DNA of 64,000 nucleotides from Dimorphilus gyrociliatus (taxonomy: Eukaryota; Animalia; Annelida), in the NCBI GenBank assembly GCA_904063045.1, contig CAJFCJ010000002.1:248001-312000 (forward strand). Reading direction: 5' to 3'. The notes beneath the pieces are model-generated. The model saw only the letters and a list, made by a program, of their open reading frames with translations, was not told the origin of the DNA and did not search any database. The stretch's first letter is position 1, and every line of letters starts with the position of its first letter. Positions 61,968 to 64,000 of the stretch are shown piece after piece. The translations under genes and the position numbers were made by a program.

Positions 61968-63744
61968 TCAATATTTAACTTTATCAACTGTTGAACCGTA
62001 GGCTACAAACTCAAAACTATGCCTTCTTCCCGATTTTTTCTTATATAAGTAGCTGATAGCTGATACTAGAAGTAATGTTATAAGACTTATCAGCATCGAT
62101 AATGTTTTATAAGGGAAGTTTTGAGTTCCTGCATCGTAATAGGGATATTCAATAAGTGCAGGAATATCCAAGTCTTTATCACCTCCGGATAATCTGAAGA
62201 AAATACCGACAAGAAAACCTGCAATTGAACCCCATTTTTCTGTGTATGGAACATGTACAGCACAAATTAACTGAGGTAAAATGATTACGTAGCACAGATC
62301 AGAGCTGAGGTACCAAAGAGTATAAACTGAATCTATCTGGATAGCTAATGCACAGGCGGCTGCTGCTATAAAGAAAATAGCCAATCTAACAATCCAGATT
62401 AATTCTCGATCTTTTACGTTTCGACGAAAGCAAACAGACATCAAAGGATCATAGATATTTTTTGCAAACATGGAAGAAGCCGAGAGAATAGAAGAATCAG
62501 CCGAAGACATCACTGCAGCACTAATAGCTCCTAGGCCTATGACCGCTACTGGAACTGGCGTTAAATATTCTAGGACATAAGGCAAAATCAAAGAAGAACT
62601 AGCATCTGGCATTGCTTGCTGTTGACCAGCAACCATTTCCATTTTTAGCTTCCCGTAATATTTATAATCTGTTTCATTCCATTTAGTTGATTTTGCTATT
62701 GCACCAACTAAAATGGCAGGAATGGCCATAATTAAACAACCGAGTGCACCGAAAAATGACAATAACTGAGCTACCCGTTCATTTTTTGCTGATAAAACTC
62801 TTTGAAAATATACTTGCCAAGGTATACCTCCAAATATTAATAATAAGGCATTCTCGGACCACAAAGACCATCCTTCTTTTTCTGGAAGTTGGTCTGCATC
62901 CCACCAAGTTGTAAATGTATCACTTATGCTTCTAGTTGCAGAATTTGTAAGTGCAAAAGGTATGGCCAGCCATAAGCCAATTAATATGCAAAATAATTGA
63001 ATAACGTCTGTGAATGCAACTGAAAATAACCCTCCGAACAACACATATGTGATGGCTACTCCAGCTGATATAATTATGGACCATTTATGATCCAAGGCTA
63101 TTATAACTGACAAACTAGCTCCAAGAGCATTTAAAATAGCTGCAGACCAAAATATTTCGCCCATAAGTGCTGGTATATAGAGTAAAGCAGCCATTATTCG
63201 TCCAAACCGAGCTTCAAAAGCATCTAACATAGTTACATATCCTGCTTTTCTCATTGACTTCGCAAAGATTAGACCCCCTAAACACAGGCTTATTGAATAT
63301 CCAATGGGCGCTTGGGCCCATATTAACCCACTCGTATAAACACTTTCCGCTGTGCCGTTAATATAACCTCCACCAACCCATGTGGCAGTCATGGTGAAAG
63401 TTCCTAATAATAGTCCAATGTTTCTTCCTGCCAGCATCAAATCCTCTTTATTGGTACCCGATACCTTACGTCTTCTACAGCAGCTAGCAATTATCCCTAT
63501 AACAACGATAAGAGCGTAGAATAAAACAAGGGCGACAAGACCCCATGTTTTAAGACTTTTCTCTCTTAAACCTGGACTGAGAGAGAGAAAAATAATGGAT
63601 TTTAGTTCTTATCCTGTAAAATTCTTATTTAAAAATAATATCTCAAACAGGATTCAATATGAATAACATTCACCTGGAATTATTTGTATAGTTGTTGATC
63701 TGAGTTACTTGAGTTATTTGAGTGATTTGAGTTGTTTTCTCCAT
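61968..63744 (-). CDS. SLC5A7: High-affinity choline transporter CHT1, 2 exons
   Basis: LAGRNIGLLLGTFTMTATWVGGGYINGTAE; GGIPWQVYFQRVLS; AAVMSSADSSILSASSMF. Frame is open upstream through TM1 to an acceptor at ~63578; first exon from ATG 63744 has a phase-2 donor. Confidence 0.95.
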
Positions 63745-64000
63745 TGTTTGTTGATTATTTTATAACTATTGAAAAAATAGCGAATCTTTAAATCAATAAT
63801 CTTCTATTTTAAATCTTTGTCAGCAGCAAAATAGCACGATATCAAGGCTTTAAATCTTTAAAGTCGTCCGCTCTTTCATCTATATTTCAAAAAAGTGTTG
63901 TTGCTTCCCTTTTGAACAGTATATGGCCAGTTAAACCAACATATTGAGGAATTTTATTGGCTTGACTTCTTTGCTACTATAACTCAATACGGAAATATTG

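Noticed and set aside
1-64000. tRNA, rRNA, snRNA, telomerase template (CTAACCCT), CRISPR arrays, transposase/RT ORFs, terminal inverted repeats
   Set aside because: None found by eye; GTTCGA hits fall in coding sequence or lack a cloverleaf. tRNAscan, Infernal and RepeatMasker runs would be needed for certainty.

Overview
AT-rich, very gene-dense eukaryotic (animal) genomic DNA: 21 protein-coding genes in 64 kb, most introns ~50-100 nt. This suggests a miniaturised invertebrate genome, probably lophotrochozoan (Dimorphilus-like is an inference only). Gene order: LRP1-like(-, runs off left edge), TGF-beta/activin type I receptor(+), two-CTLD membrane lectin(-), 7xC2H2 zinc finger(-), divergent ERM(+), peroxidasin(-), FKBP12(+), Disabled(-), IP6K(+), TTI1(+), LARP6(-), LEO1(+), secreted CTLD+PAN protein(+), MMACHC(-), M1 aminopeptidase(+), degenerate UGT(+), PLPBP(-), MYPT1(+), Shaw/Kv3-type channel(-), orphan EGF/TSP1 membrane protein(+), SLC5A7(-). 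I found no tRNA, rRNA, transposon or CRISPR array. Best leads: a densely base-paired ~300-nt element in the only MYPT1 intron, possibly gating a poison exon; an ERM with its coiled coil replaced by an acidic linker; a Kv3 with altered S4 and S6 gate; a UGT pseudo-enzyme with an unresolved junction; three alternative N-terminal exons on the aminopeptidase; GC-AG introns; a recurrent CTCF-like motif; and strong strand alternation. All gene models were built by hand from splice signals and remembered family motifs; no database search was run.
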